Below the pieces are notes generated by a model. That model did no database searches, was not told the DNA's origin, and saw only the letters and a program-made list of their open reading frames with translations. From assembly GCA_002633005.1 (NCBI GenBank), contig NMRA01000048.1:874416-938415 (forward strand): a stretch of DNA of 64,000 nt, given 5' to 3'. The translations under genes and the position numbers were made by a program. Shown one piece after another: positions 38,601 through 51,682 of this stretch; position 1 is the stretch's first letter; the number at the start of each line of letters is the position of its first letter. This stretch comes from Phoronis australis (Eukaryota; Animalia; Phoronida).

Positions 38601-41211
38601 GCCGTCACAAATATTACGCGTTGACATGAGCCCATTTTAGAAGCTCCCATTTAGCAAGGCTACAACTAACATGAGTATTTTGTGATAAGCTAACCATTGT
38701 GCATGTAGAGTGATGTCCAACAAACCGTGTGGCTCATGAAAAAAAAAATCAAAAGCTAGCAGGTAGAAGTAGCTACGTCCATACAAGATTCTCTACCCAG
38801 GCTTTATAGTAAGAACATGTAGAATCGGGACCTTGTTCCTGTTAACAATATTTAGGTGTTAAAAAAATATAGTCAAGTGAGTGAAATATGTTGCAGAAAC
38901 TCCTGAGCGGGCCGGGATAGCCCCATTTAAATGGTTGTTAAAGGATAACGTCACATTTTCAGGCACAAAAATGTAGTCGGTTCAATTTGTTGCTAATGAC
39001 CGACTAGGCAGTATGTCTGGAAAATGCAAACGCTATGATCAATATATTCCGCTCTGTAGCAGCACGCGCCCGTCTAAATTACCTGAGGGTATATTTCCGC
39101 GAGCGAAAAGAACCATGTTTTGTTCGTTGTGGATGGCCCTTATTGCATTTAACTCAAATTATGTAATCTGTTCCAAGGCCACCTGTCGTCCTACTGTCGT
39201 CTGAGTAATTGTTCACCAGGCGGTAAAATAACTAGTTTCAGACCGCCTCTAATGTACGGAGAAGCATCAACATTTCATGAAAGAAACCTCCCTGTTAACA
39301 AAAAGAATAACAACTTCGCTTTTTCGAAATGACATGACTAGCTCAGGGGTGGTAATCGAGCCTTAAGTATGACCAAGCGAAACGCAACCGTGTGGTGAAT
39401 TTTGTGGGTACTTAGTATGTGAAGTAATTTTGTGTGATGCGTTGTACGTATAGTTTGTGGATTCGCCTAACGTGGATCTGCTCCGTGGAAAGGATTCGAA
39501 TATCACGACCTCTGTGGCTGTAAAACTTAGAAATTTACAAACGAACAGTAAAATATCTAGTCTATAGGACACTTGCACACGCGATTGTGATGCTGGGTGT
39601 TGAGTCCTATCTATCTCCGAGTCGCGTTTTCCAATGCTGGTATAAACTACCAACGGATATTTATGAAAAACGTTATTCCAGGCTATCTTCAAATTGGATT
39701 CGTTCAATCATCTTTTGGATGTGTGTCTACAGTGTATGTATTGTTTTTTACTGAAAATGTATTGTCGTAAAACCAAGAATTATGCTAACAGGGCTTATCA
39801 AATGAAAAAGCGTCCTTACCATTATAGCATCTGTTGCAATTGAGAATTAGCCCGCCACTTAATTGAAATAGCCATCTTTTGAAAGGGTTTAGCCAACTTT
39901 ACGATTTTATGAAGCCTTTTTGATACCTTGATGTCATGGACCAAGCTCATGCGATTCAATTCTCGTCAATTTCCGTACAAGTCTTTATTGTAGTACACGT
40001 ATAGTGCTTAAAACAATTGATCTACATCGGCCCGTTCGTGCGACTCCTTTTTGCATATTTTTCGAAATATTTCCCGGAATTTTAACAACAAAGAAATTTA
40101 TACGAGTAAAAAAAGCTAACTCTTCCCCAATTGTTGCGTTCGTAGGATACACTTTTAAGGCTGAGATCATAATCTGACTGGTTGATCTAGTCTAAACAAG
40201 AAACTGATGCAGCTAAGAACCTTGCTACCACTCTGTTTTAGGACACCTGACAAAAATGCATTTGCACTCAACGAAATCGTGACTTTTTGTCTCGGTATCC
40301 ATTGACAGAGTTTCTCCAATTTCCATTTGTCTGAAAGACACTAAGCAAGGAATGTTTTCTAAATGGCGGGACTTCCAGATCCGGGTAAAACAGAGCCAAA
40401 GCTATAAGGGTGCACTTTTGTCAATAGAAGCAACTTCAGTGAACTACGGAATATCATTTTTAACAGTCATTCCCCATTTAGTCCACAAAAATGTCATTAA
40501 ACATGGCTCACGTCATTTTTTATTCTAGCGAGAGCTACACAGGCCCGGGGAGCTAAACAGGTCCGAACCGTCACGAGTGGATTTAGACATCAAGATTGAC
40601 AAAATTGCGCGAATAAATTAGCAAAAAGACACAAAAACGAGCGTATTAATGTGATTCAAGTAGTTGTTTGTAAATCAAGTGTTTATATTGAGTTTCTGTT
40701 TCCTTGCAGGTACGTGAAATCCATTTTGATAATTCTACTCATTTCCTTTGGTTTTCACCGTTTAGCCTTTCCCACCTTTTGTTCCACCTACGTTTGTTTC
40801 AATGAGATCAAGTTGTTTTGAAATTTAGGAAAAACAAACTTACCTGTGAAATGCAATGCTAAGCCCACAGCGACCGCCAACAGCGCCACTACGGCGATGA
40901 TCGTTGCGACCACCACTGTCTTCCTTTTCCCCGTTTTGGTGGAAAGGTGAGGGTAAGAAGCCCCGGCTATTTCAGACTGTCGTGCGCTTGCAGTTTCGTC
41001 GTCTAAGACATCGTAAATGGGATTATCAAACCCCACGTCGGATTTGTACTGAAATATAAAATATAGGTAGTTCTCGCTGAGTATGCATACAAGAAATCCG
41101 TCAGCAGTTTACAAAATAAAAAGGCTTTCATTGTGTCACGCACAGCGTATTCACATGTATTCATTTTCAACTTTTGGGAGATTCAGTATTTACATAAGTG
41201 ACCTAATCTAC

Positions 41212-41261
<50 letters not shown>

Positions 41262-41301
41262 GCGTGTGCGTGCGCGTACGCGTGTGCTTGTGTGTGTTTG
41301 G

Positions 41302-41332
<31 letters not shown>

Positions 41333-42538
41333 TGTGCGTGTTTGGGTGTGTGTGTGATTTTTTCATTGCCGGAGTGTTTTTAGAAAGTCTGGGCGATTTA
41401 AAAGTGACTCATTTGCAAGCTTTAAACCTGAGAAACAACCATTTTTGGAAACTATAACCATTGCAACTTGATGATTTGAAATTCAATAAAAAACTCTTTG
41501 GACTTTTGTGTTGTAAACACACATGGCGTTTGAGCATTGAACATTTTTTGTGAGTTACTTGTCGTTACTGCTTGGCTGTGTCTCAGCTCCTAATAAATGG
41601 CATGAATCTATCGCCCCTTGAAAAATAGTGAACGGACGATGGCCTTCACTTGACTCACAGGTACACAGTTTAGTTCCATTCGCAACGCATTCTGCACAAC
41701 AATACGTAGAGGCCTGCGTATTTATAAAGGCTAACTTTTGATGAGAAAAGCCGCATTCAGTTGTAACTGAAAGGCTCACAAATGCTTTTTGAAGTGATCA
41801 TGGCGGACTTCAGTATCATCAAACCACATTCCATGAAGCATGATAGCTAACAGAACTGAACATAACCTTCCTATACTGTAATCCGCCGATGCAAACAAAA
41901 GCTAAGGAAAAGCGGGCGTGACGTCACCGTCAGAGTACTCAAAATGCCTACGTGACAAGTAAATTAGTTTTAGCCCCCCTTAGAGTGTAGCTTGGCCGAT
42001 GGTGAAAATGTAAAAGTGGAATATCATGAAGGCCTGAAAAGCCCTGAATAGTGAATTATTTCTATCAGACATCATTGAAGCGTGTGTTGAATATCGGAAT
42101 ATCTCGTCTAGCCGCTGATAGAAAGTTTGCGAAGGCTTGGGACAGCAGTACTCCAGGCAAAAAATGAGGGTCACGGACGCTGGCTGGGTCAGAGACCAGC
42201 ATTAAAATTTCATATCCACGACACAATGCAGCTTCATAGCAAGGTACAAATTGTTGCTGCATGGTAGTGAATAATCGTCCCAATGTCAACTCCAGGTATT
42301 AGAATACTAGTACGTTTGATGCTGATGATTGAAAATCTTAGTTTTAGGGTTTGATACCCCGATGTAATCGGACGTATAGTCCACTGTGTGTTCCTGTGAG
42401 AAAGGCTCACCAGTGCGCAAAATAATTCATAACAAGTCGTGTATTAACAATAATCGATACATCAAACACTGAACTCGCCTACGTTATTCCTGTTCGTACA
42501 CTAGGCAGGCCTATATCGATCACAGTACTTACCGACAT
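13047..42538 (-). CDS. Corin/MFRP-like type II transmembrane protein: TM-SEA-Pro/Thr/Arg stalk-FZ-FZ-LDLa x3-FZ-FZ-LDLa x4-FZ, no protease domain (~1395 aa)
   Basis: 23 GT-AG exons with all phases consistent, 4188 nt in total: 42533-42538, 40844-41048 (FDNPIY, TM), 38062-38228, 34637-34704, 34071-34234 (SEA, FRNGSVDV), 30773-31586 (stalk), 28642-28874, 26898-27050 (FZ1), 26304-26407, 25732-25885, 23310-23444 (FZ2), 21921-22502 (3 LDLa + FZ3), 21432-21584, 20357-20451, 18524-18683, 18136-18264 (FZ4), 17663-17776, 16541-16666, 15804-15914, ~15426-15542 (4 LDLa), 14798-14889, 13923-14085, 13047-13189 (FZ5, ends ..SQLSYC-TAG). Exon 1 and two LDLa donors are the least certain. Confidence 0.88.
16239..16428. 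repeat. 17-bp minisatellite (TCAGACTGGACTAGTAC x6 plus partial) followed by two stem-loops
   Basis: Units start at 16239, 16256, 16273, 16290, 16307, 16324 and 16341 (partial). Perfect 11-bp inverted repeat TCAGACTCGAA/TTCGAGTCTGA at 16341-16372 and 8-bp inverted repeat TTCAAGTG/CACTTGAA at 16399-16428. Confidence 0.9.
19080..19131. repeat. (CA)n microsatellite
   Basis: Direct reading. Confidence 0.97.
19602..19978. repeat. Compound (GT)-derived microsatellite (GTGTGC/GTGTGA/GTACGT variants)
   Basis: Direct reading; it produces the spurious His/Thr-rich ORFs in the track. Confidence 0.95.
22730..23034. mobile_element. Small TIR element (MITE) with 5-bp TSD
   Basis: Termini CAGTGGCGGATTTAGG ... 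CCTGCATCTGCCCCTG. Flanked by GCTGG at 22725-22729 and 23035-23039. Confidence 0.8.
23466..24770 (-). mobile_element. Helentron-associated interspersed element (HINE/DINE-like) with internal ~147-bp tandem units
   Basis: Minus strand begins TTTTTTATGCGCCCACATATTTATATGTGGACGCAT (5' subTIR/stem-loop), then (CCGT)n, then the internal tandem array, and ends GTGGGCGCAT (3' subTIR) + CAACGCCCGCGTTG palindrome + CTCTTGTT. This is the HINE architecture. Confidence 0.75.
24982..25057 (-). pseudogene. tRNA-derived sequence (tRNA-Phe-like pseudogene or SINE head)
   Basis: Minus strand GTAGCTCAGTGGTAAAAGCAATAAACTGAAAATCTATAGACATGTGGTTCGATTTCC contains an A box, a CT-GAA-AA loop and a B-box-like GGTTCGAT. 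The stems are imperfect. Confidence 0.5.
30994..31194 (-). repeat. Coding 24-nt tandem repeat (PRPGRTxx octapeptide, about 8 copies) in the receptor stalk exon
   Basis: [67 protein letters not shown] in ORF 30769-31497. Confidence 0.85.
31647..31774. repeat. 64-bp tandem duplication
   Basis: GCATTACC(T/A)GATAATGTCTTCCTGGTGGTAT(G/A)TAAGCCTATGATATCGGTACCATTGAATTAAG at 31647 and 31711. Confidence 0.95.
31783..32190. repeat. Dispersed repeat, copy 2 of the family at 5640-6065
   Basis: ggaccctagaaaaatgtctaaattt...catatctcaaaaa...cggattcata...aacttttagatatta. Confidence 0.6.
32560..33300 (-). mobile_element. Degenerate L1/Tx1-type LINE 3' fragment
   Basis: Minus-strand [23 protein letters not shown] (CCHC-like ORF2 C-terminal motif) and LLGKQFIY, followed by a (TG)n tract, AATAAA and an A-rich tail near 32560-32590. 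Confidence 0.6.
32646..32694. repeat. (CA)n microsatellite
   Basis: Direct reading. Confidence 0.95.
33477..33883 (+). mobile_element. 5'-truncated RTE-clade LINE with (GAT)n tail and 11-bp TSD
   Basis: [51 protein letters not shown] is a typical RTE ORF end, here frameshifted. Tail GATGATGACGATGATGAT. TGATTTGCGGA occurs at 33466-33476 and 33884-33894. Confidence 0.88.
34791..35758. mobile_element. ~0.97-kb non-autonomous TIR element with 5-bp TSD (copy A)
   Basis: Termini CAGTGGCGGATCTAG ... CTAAATCCGCCTATG. TSD CAACC at 34786-34790 and 35759-35763. Near full-length inverted homology to 53763-54710. Contains a 13-N gap. Confidence 0.88.
35884..35993. repeat. Small inverted-repeat element (15-bp perfect IR)
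   Basis: ACGCTAGGACCTAGC at 35884-35898 and GCTAGGTCCTAGCGT at 35979-35993. Confidence 0.6.
36198..36448. mobile_element. MITE-like foldback element (~250 bp, ~47-bp imperfect TIRs)
   Basis: ATGCGTAAAACC..CCGATAATG on the left versus CATTATCGG..GGTTTTACGCAT on the right. Confidence 0.6.
41216..41356. repeat. (TG)n compound microsatellite
   Basis: Direct reading. Confidence 0.95.
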
Positions 42539-42964
42539 TGCTGTAGAGTTTCGTTCACTTGAGGGAAATTGCGATTCTATTGTCCTAATGGCGTTGGTTT
42601 AGAATAAAATAGGAGTATATCATACGCCCCGGTTAAGCCATTTTCGTCAAAGCGAGTAGGCCTACAACACTACTCTTTCATAACTGTCAAGTTAAGCCCG
42701 GACCGTTGGCTTCACGACCCTGGCCTATTACACTTTTCCAATAATTAAGGTATGTTTATTCTATTTAAATGCTCCTCCCTTTCGTACACAGCACGGACGT
42801 CTGGTCAAGAGCGCTTGCGCAGCCTGTCTGTTGCTGTGTTTGAACAGCGCAAATTTTGATTATGAAACGTGACAATAAGTGAATGCCAGTGCGACAAGGA
42901 TTATGAAAGGCTGAGTTTAGTCCAAAGAGGCGTAACGTCCTTCCCCAAACTGTCCTGCCACTGG

Positions 42965-43046
42965 GTGTTTTAACCACAGGCACCTTTAATCATGCAGCCC
43001 TCGACTATATACTATAATGAAGAGACGGTGCCTGTGGTTTTAACAC
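42965..43046. repeat. 20-bp near-perfect inverted repeat upstream of the receptor gene
   Basis: GTGTTTTAACCACAGGCACC at 42965-42984 and GGTGCCTGTGGTTTTAACAC at 43027-43046. Confidence 0.7.
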
Positions 43047-45673
43047 TTAAATTTAATTTGGTTATGAACTATACATGTACCGTGTGGCTGCATAAAAATA
43101 TTTATTAACTCTGCAAATTGTTACTAAAGCAAATATTTTATGAAATAACTATTTCCTTTATATTTTACTGGAGTTTTCTGCAGATACTCTCATTGGAAGT
43201 ATATATTAAGAACATTTTAGGCAGATACGCCCGAGCGGTACATTTGGAGGAAATGCGCACGGTTGAATCTTAAAACTTTTACCAGTTTCACGTTAAATGG
43301 ACAATAAAACTGTTACATGTGGGGAGAATCATACATCAGTAGTGTTATGTGCGTTGAGTCTATTGGTTTCAATTTGCACGCCAGTTACAGTATTGATACA
43401 CCCAAGCGTATATTTGTCATTTCCAAACTTACGCCCGATTGCATTATGTGGGTAGATTTCTGGTCCCTGAACTACAGTGGCCAAAAGATGACATTAGATT
43501 TTCCCAAGTTTTTGCAAAAAAACACTTTTTTCCGTGGAGAATAAAGTTTTCTCCGAGGAGAAAACCTTTTCTGCGGAAAAGGTGATTTTTTTTCGTAAAC
43601 GCTTCATACCGAATTGATTTTTCCAAATATTTGCCCAGACCTTTTCTTCAGAAAACCCCCATATTGTATGTGCTGAACTCTTTCGGTCATAAAAAGTACG
43701 TGGTTTGAGCCGACCACGAGAAATATACCGACTCTCTGAAACATGATTTTTTCGGCCATGAGATATTAGTTCCACATAATATATGGAAAGTAGGACGCCA
43801 GAAAATATAGTTTTGTTAGTTTTTCCTCAAACTTTGCAAACTTTGTAGATACCATGGATACGATATGGGGGAAGATTTGGAGTTAGAAAATAGTATAGAC
43901 CTACCTCGCTTTCAACGACAGTTTCTAGCGAACAGAAATTTGTAAGATATTTTACGTTTATTACGGGACATGGGTTACATGTGGAAAGGACGAAATGTTT
44001 AATATTATAATGGTCAAGGACACGCCGTGCTTGTGGGGTCTCAGTATTTTGACGTCTTAGCAAGTCTCATAGTGCTAGCTCATGATGTTTAAAAACCCAG
44101 CACTAGAACTTGACAGAGACATTTTATTCCAGTAAGGGAAATTCAACTTTCTGAGGGTCCAAGGACACAAACAACCCGTACAAGTTAATGTTCGCCCTTT
44201 TTGGTTGGAAAAAGGCCAAATTAGAGCTTTCACTCTTGTAAAATTGATTTCATAATATTTCTTATCGTAATAATGTTCTTTTTCCGTTATCAGCTCAAGT
44301 CACAAGCAATGACTATGTGCACCATTTTCGAATTCGCCGTTTCAGGGTTGGCCACCTACAGTGGAGTCTGAAGCGCCATCTTGAGTCGTTGATGGTTTCA
44401 ATGTTCTTATTGGTCCTTGATGACGGAAACAGAATCTAGGGTATGTTATGCGACCGACTTTTTATAGTAAAAGACCTAAATAAATTCGATTTTCGTTTTA
44501 GCCCGCTGAACAGGGAGAAATGAAGCTTTAAGCGAAAATCCAACTTAGGAATGTCGACTACCAGTATTGTAAATTGTGATTAGAATCCTGGAATACAGTC
44601 ACGAGTCTTTGCCATTCCTTGTTATCAAATATCATTGTTGCAGCTTATCCAGTTGAATTTGTGTAACATTTGTGCATGAAATGTGGCGTTACTTTTACCT
44701 CAGTTGGTATCCTATTGTCTAGATTTTTGTAGCGACCTAAGTCTTCTAAAATTTGTAATGACTAGTAAATACTAATGTGATTTTTAACTAAACATTTATT
44801 TTTATTATAGGCCTAATGACAATACGACGTAGGCGAATGTCATTCGGTGCTCTATAATCACACTTCTGAGCTTCAGCAGAGCCCTCGATACAGCTGGGTG
44901 TTGTATGGATGGGTCCTCCTTACGAGCTTTAAATCGCAGCTGTGTCAACAACAAACTCAAAACAAAAAGGGTATGTAGACTACTTACTAAAACTCAACCA
45001 AATTCTAGGACATGTAAATAAGGATTTTGACACAGATTAGGATCATTCACAAGATTCACTTGTAAAGTGATTGAAAACCAACAGCTTACCAGTCTTTCTA
45101 AACGAGGTCATTGGCAGGGGGTCATTTTTACCATCAACTTTTTTCAAACAGTCATGGTGTGGGCCAGATTAAAAAATATTATTGGCCCCTGCAGTTGCGC
45201 AGCTGGGGATGCCGGAAGGAAAACAATCAGCGCTGTCGCAGGCCTACGTGTCCTAAAAAATTTCAGCTGGCAGCCGGAGGGATCGAGAAATGGTGAAAAT
45301 TGTTTATGCATTCAAAATTAGAGTTGCCTCTACTTTTGACTGCATAAACAAAAATATACAAAGTAGGTCTCTACCCCATAGTAAATTTAACCTTTTTACT
45401 ACAAGGATCTCTTTTTATTGTGTAGATCTACTTTCAGGCAGGCAGTTGGCTTTTTTCAAACCCATGCTGGCTATGATGTCTCGCTGGTTCCCGGCTTCGA
45501 GTCGCTAGGTGGTCGGTAGCCAACACGGCTAACCTAAGCACGTAGGGAACCAGCGCGGCTATTATATGCTACCCTCTGACACAGCGCCACATATACTGAA
45601 AACACTTTGAAAGAGTGTATGATATATGCTGGCGCGAAACACACGTATATCACGTGAGGACTATCGTGTGATT

Positions 45674-45713
45674 CCATATTTAGAATCCTGTCCCCAAATA
45701 TGGTAATCATTGG
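45674..45713 (+). promoter_or_regulatory. CArG (SRF) boxes and CCAAT box upstream of actin
   Basis: Perfect CC(A/T)6GG = CCAAATATGG at 45694-45703, one-mismatch CCATATTTAG at 45674-45683, ATTGG at 45709-45713, E-box CACGTG near 45651. Confidence 0.7.
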
Positions 45714-45786
45714 CCCAAATTCCAGGAACTTGAGCGCGTGCTCTCACGAGAAAGATTTGAACAAAAAAGTACAGTGTATCACTTGA

Positions 45787-47625
<1,839 letters not shown>

Positions 47626-47880
47626 TAAGTCAAGTTTAAGTGTTCAGAAACAGACTTGTGAATGCATGGATAGTTTTTGTTTATTTCTGCATGCATGTAA
47701 AGTGGACATTCCCTTATATGGAGGTAAATAAGCAATTTGTTCGTAATCGTGTGAATGTACTCGTTTTAATTGTTAACTACCGGTAATTTTATTTGAAGTC
47801 ATTAAATTGTAAATGACTAATGTGTTGCTATGTTAATAAATTATCGGTGTTGTAATTAAAATTCTGTTTTTATAATTCAT

Positions 47881-48159
47881 TCATTATGTTCAATTTTAAC
47901 ATAAGCACTTGTGAACCATTTTAAGTCAGTGCCGAGAGTTCAAGTTGTTCCAATACAGATACGCATGCGCCACTCATTAGGTTCAATTTTAACATAAGCA
48001 CTTGTGAACCATTTTAAGTCAGTGCCGAGAGTTCAAGTTGTTCCAATACAGATACGCATGCGCCACTCATTATGTTCAATTTCAACATAAGCACTTGTGA
48101 ACCATTTTGAGTCCGTGCCGAGAGTTCAAGTTGTTCCAATACAGATACGCATGCGCCAC
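47881..48159. repeat. 93-bp tandem repeat, 3 copies
   Basis: TCATTATGTTCAATTTTAACATAAGCACTTGTGAACC...ACGCATGCGCCAC units start at 47881, 47974 and 48067. Confidence 0.95.
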
Positions 48160-49634
48160 AGCTTTACTTGACTTACAGAAGCAGACGGCCATCTCTTGTC
48201 TTAAACTGTTTTTGGGCTGTTTTCAAAAAGTAAAATTAATGGACAGAATTATTCATCGTTTACACGAACGCGGGAGTTTAAACGGGCGACAAATGCATGT
48301 GTGCGTATTTAGACCTATGCGCCTATAACCGTAATAATAATTATACGCTTTTCCAATGAAAGACTTGGCTCAAGGGGTTCGCATGCGTCTAACAGACAAT
48401 TGCAGTTGTAGCCTACATATCTTTACTGAGTCTTTTTCGTGTTTTGTTTGTCCATTTTTAGTACGTTTCATTTGAAGCGTTAAAACACGTGGTTTAAGTA
48501 AAAAACAGGTGTAATTTACGCCTAACTTACCGAAAAGTGGTCTCAAGTCGTTTCTTTGTCAATCTTGAAATAATTTCAGGAATTAGAAAGTACTGACAGT
48601 TCGTTAGTGCTTGAGACCAGGCTTATAAGATCACGGCATCTGCCAGGTTGATCTGGAGAAATAACGGATATACTGGTTCTCACTAGACTTACCGAGCCCA
48701 GAGACCACTTTTAAGCTACGTAAAGTACAAGACCAGTTCCATAACGGTAAATGTTTTAAACCAAAGTAAATGGCGCTTTAATAGCTAGTATCAAGTAGAA
48801 TACACGTCAACAATGACTGGCATTTTGTAAGGGAATATTATATATTAGTCGAGTTTTATTCAGTTTGAAAATTGCTCCTCGATTTGAAGGGACATTACGC
48901 TTTTGCAATCGAAACTCCTAATTTTGGGATTAATGTTGAATGGGGTAATTTTTGAAGTTCATAACCGTCATCAGAGCTATAAAACAATAGAATACGCTGT
49001 TTTTTTAAAATTTGATTACAAGTAGTCAATTCCCGCCGTTGTCTGGCAGACATTCGCTGAATGTCGCTGAATGTCTACCATTTCAACAGACTCACACCCT
49101 GTTATTTTTACGCGTAGAATTTACCTCAACCGCAGAGCTTTCGGCTGCTATTGCGGAGTCAGGGGATCGATTCCGCTTTAACGTTTATTTTTGTCAATCT
49201 ACTTTTCCCGCTGAGAATGTCCCTTCAATCAGTTTTCCCGTTTAATTACGGATATAGGACCAGTTTCACATGGGAGCACGAGCGAAAATTCGCGCATCCA
49301 CATATATAAAAAATGAATTATCAAAAAGTAAATTTTGACTCCCTAACGATTATCTGGGTTTCAGTTTGTGAGCCAAAAGAAAATGCTCCTTTAGCACAGA
49401 ACACTTTCAGTAAATCACACCAAAGGAGAAATATACTGAATACTTCAAACTCGTGCTCAACTGGTCTTTATAGCAATGTAATCCAATGAAAGTGTCCCTA
49501 AAAAGCCCTCTTCATACTTCAAACATAAGTCTTGAATTGTAAAGGTGCACTACGTGAATTGGGTATTTTGTGACACATTCTGCGACTACGTCTTTTCTTC
49601 ATTTCTAAAATCTGTCCATTTAAATGAACCTGTA

Positions 49635-49999
49635 GCCTATCAACATTGGCACAATGTTTCTGTCGGTCCTTTCTTCGGCCATCTTAACATGTTTTTCATG
49701 CGTGCACCCAGCCTAAAGTATAGGGAGCCCCGGGGGCTAGAATTTTTTGGTGTGCGGACCTTTTACTGAAAGAAATCGACGAGGACTAAAAAAAACGGGG
49801 CCACCAGGTTCAGGCCCACAAATCCCGTGGGATTCTGTGGGCTTTTGTCTCGTTTACTCGGACTTTTTGTTTCACTGAGGCGCCCAATTCGCCACATTGG
49901 GTGGCTCGTTCGAGCGCCCATGTTCTTCAAAGAAGGCTGCAACACTTGAAGATGGCTGGAGAAAGGACCTACGGAAACCTTGTGCCAATGTAAATAGGC
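49635..49999. mobile_element. MITE-like element with ~50-bp imperfect TIRs
   Basis: GCCTATCAACATTGGCACAATGTTTCTGTCGGTCCTTTCTTCGGCCATCTT versus the reverse complement of AAGATGGCTGGAGAAAGGACCTACGGAAACCTTGTGCCAATGTAAATAGGC. Confidence 0.65.
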
Positions 50000-50004
50000 A
50001 AGAA

Positions 50005-51104
50005 ATTGACAGCTATTTACCAAATTTCATGAAAATCCAAAGATACAAAGGCAAACGCAAAAAAAATAAATTGCGATTAAGAACCACAAGACAATGAGTT
50101 TCAAACATACAGGACAACAAAAAATAATAAAATTGCCAATAAGGGGCACAGCGGTAATCGGATCCATACAAATATCGTCGTTGTCCATTGTCAATTTCAT
50201 ATAAATACACTTGACAAATTTACTTAAGATCCTGCAGAGGGTTTGGGAGACACAGCCAGACGAAAAAAAAACTGCCACAAGGAGGCGCCAAAGTAGTCTG
50301 AGGCCAAAAATAATCAGCCGTCCTCTTAACAGTAGAAACCATACTTAAAGTGGTTTGGTTGAAAGAGGAGCGGACGCCAAAAACAAACTAGAAAACAGTA
50401 AAAATGGCCAGTAGATGGCGCAAAATACGTCGCATCCATTTGAAAACAGGTACATGACATCGTTTCTGTAATAGGAAGCTATTTACCAAATTCATCAAGA
50501 ACTTCAGAAAAAAGGAAAAAAATAAAATTGCGTCTAGGAGGCACAGTGTGCATGGTATACGACGTAATAACGATCCTGCAGAGAGCTTAGGAGATACAAC
50601 CATGAGCGCAAAAAAGCCACTAGGTAGGAGGCATCACATTAGTCGAAGTCATCCGAAAATCAGAGTCGTTTGACATCCTCTTTAAAGTAAGAACATATAT
50701 AACATGCCAATTTTCAAAATCATATTTAGAGTGGTTTGGTTGATAGTGGGGGATACATCGAAAACAGTAAAAAGGGCACTAGGTGGCGCAAAATACCTTA
50801 AATGCATCCAAAAATGGAAAGACCGTGTCATCTCACAAACAGATGCCTATCAAATTTTATGAAAATATGTTGAGGAGCTTTGAAAACAGAGGTAAAGGTA
50901 TACAACTAAAATTGCCACTTGGGAGCACACAGGTAGTCGGATCTGTCCAAAAGTTTATTCATGCTGTCCCATTCACGAAAGCAAGAAAGCAACCCATATG
51001 CAAAACTTCACGAATATCAAAGGGTTTTTTTTGGAGATACAGCAGTGGACGCCAGATGGACAGGGCATAATGCACCTACATTCAAGTGTGTGGGTGCATA
51101 AAAA
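50005..51104 (-). mobile_element. HINE-like element, third copy (3'-truncated)
   Basis: Same internal units as 23466-24770 and the same 5' end on the minus strand: TTTTTATGCACCCACACACTTGAATGTAGGTGCATTATG. Confidence 0.7.
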
Positions 51105-51682
51105 TGTTGTTACATCACAACCAGGAAGTTTTTACCTTTGTTATTAAAACAGTATCCTTTCATCATAGGTTAACTGCTCATAAATCATACACCAAAAAGT
51201 GTCTGCGACTTTCCCACTGACCACGGATGACTGAGTATGCATCATGTCCAGAACCTATGATAATGGCTCACTTTAATGTCAGTTTTAGTAGTAAGAGTTA
51301 AGCTAGTCAAATAGCTGATTGCTTGCTGCCCTTTTGATCACAAAAAGATGCACATGTCATGTTGGTGTCCCGACAAGAGATCAATTTGAAAAAATAGCAC
51401 AGCACCATAATATTTGTAAAATCTAAAATATCAGAAGTAGGTCACTATCCACTCACCTATTGTGTGTTGTGTGTTAAGTTGCGTAGCTAATTACGTTTAG
51501 GTTTTCGATTATCCCGGACAAAGACCAATCAAACTGGAAGGAACTAATGAGTGAGTCAGACATGGGCTAGAATACTAACAACATCTGCAGTGGATGATAA
51601 CTAAAAATATATTTAAAAAACTCCTAAGCATTGCATTTATTGTCAATGCTATTAACTAAATGGGACTATTACATCAAAGGTT

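Noticed and set aside
13047-42538. Calling the large gene CORIN or LRP
   Set aside because: No SRCR or trypsin domain, no YWTD/EGF repeats, five CRDs and a SEA domain; orthology cannot be claimed.
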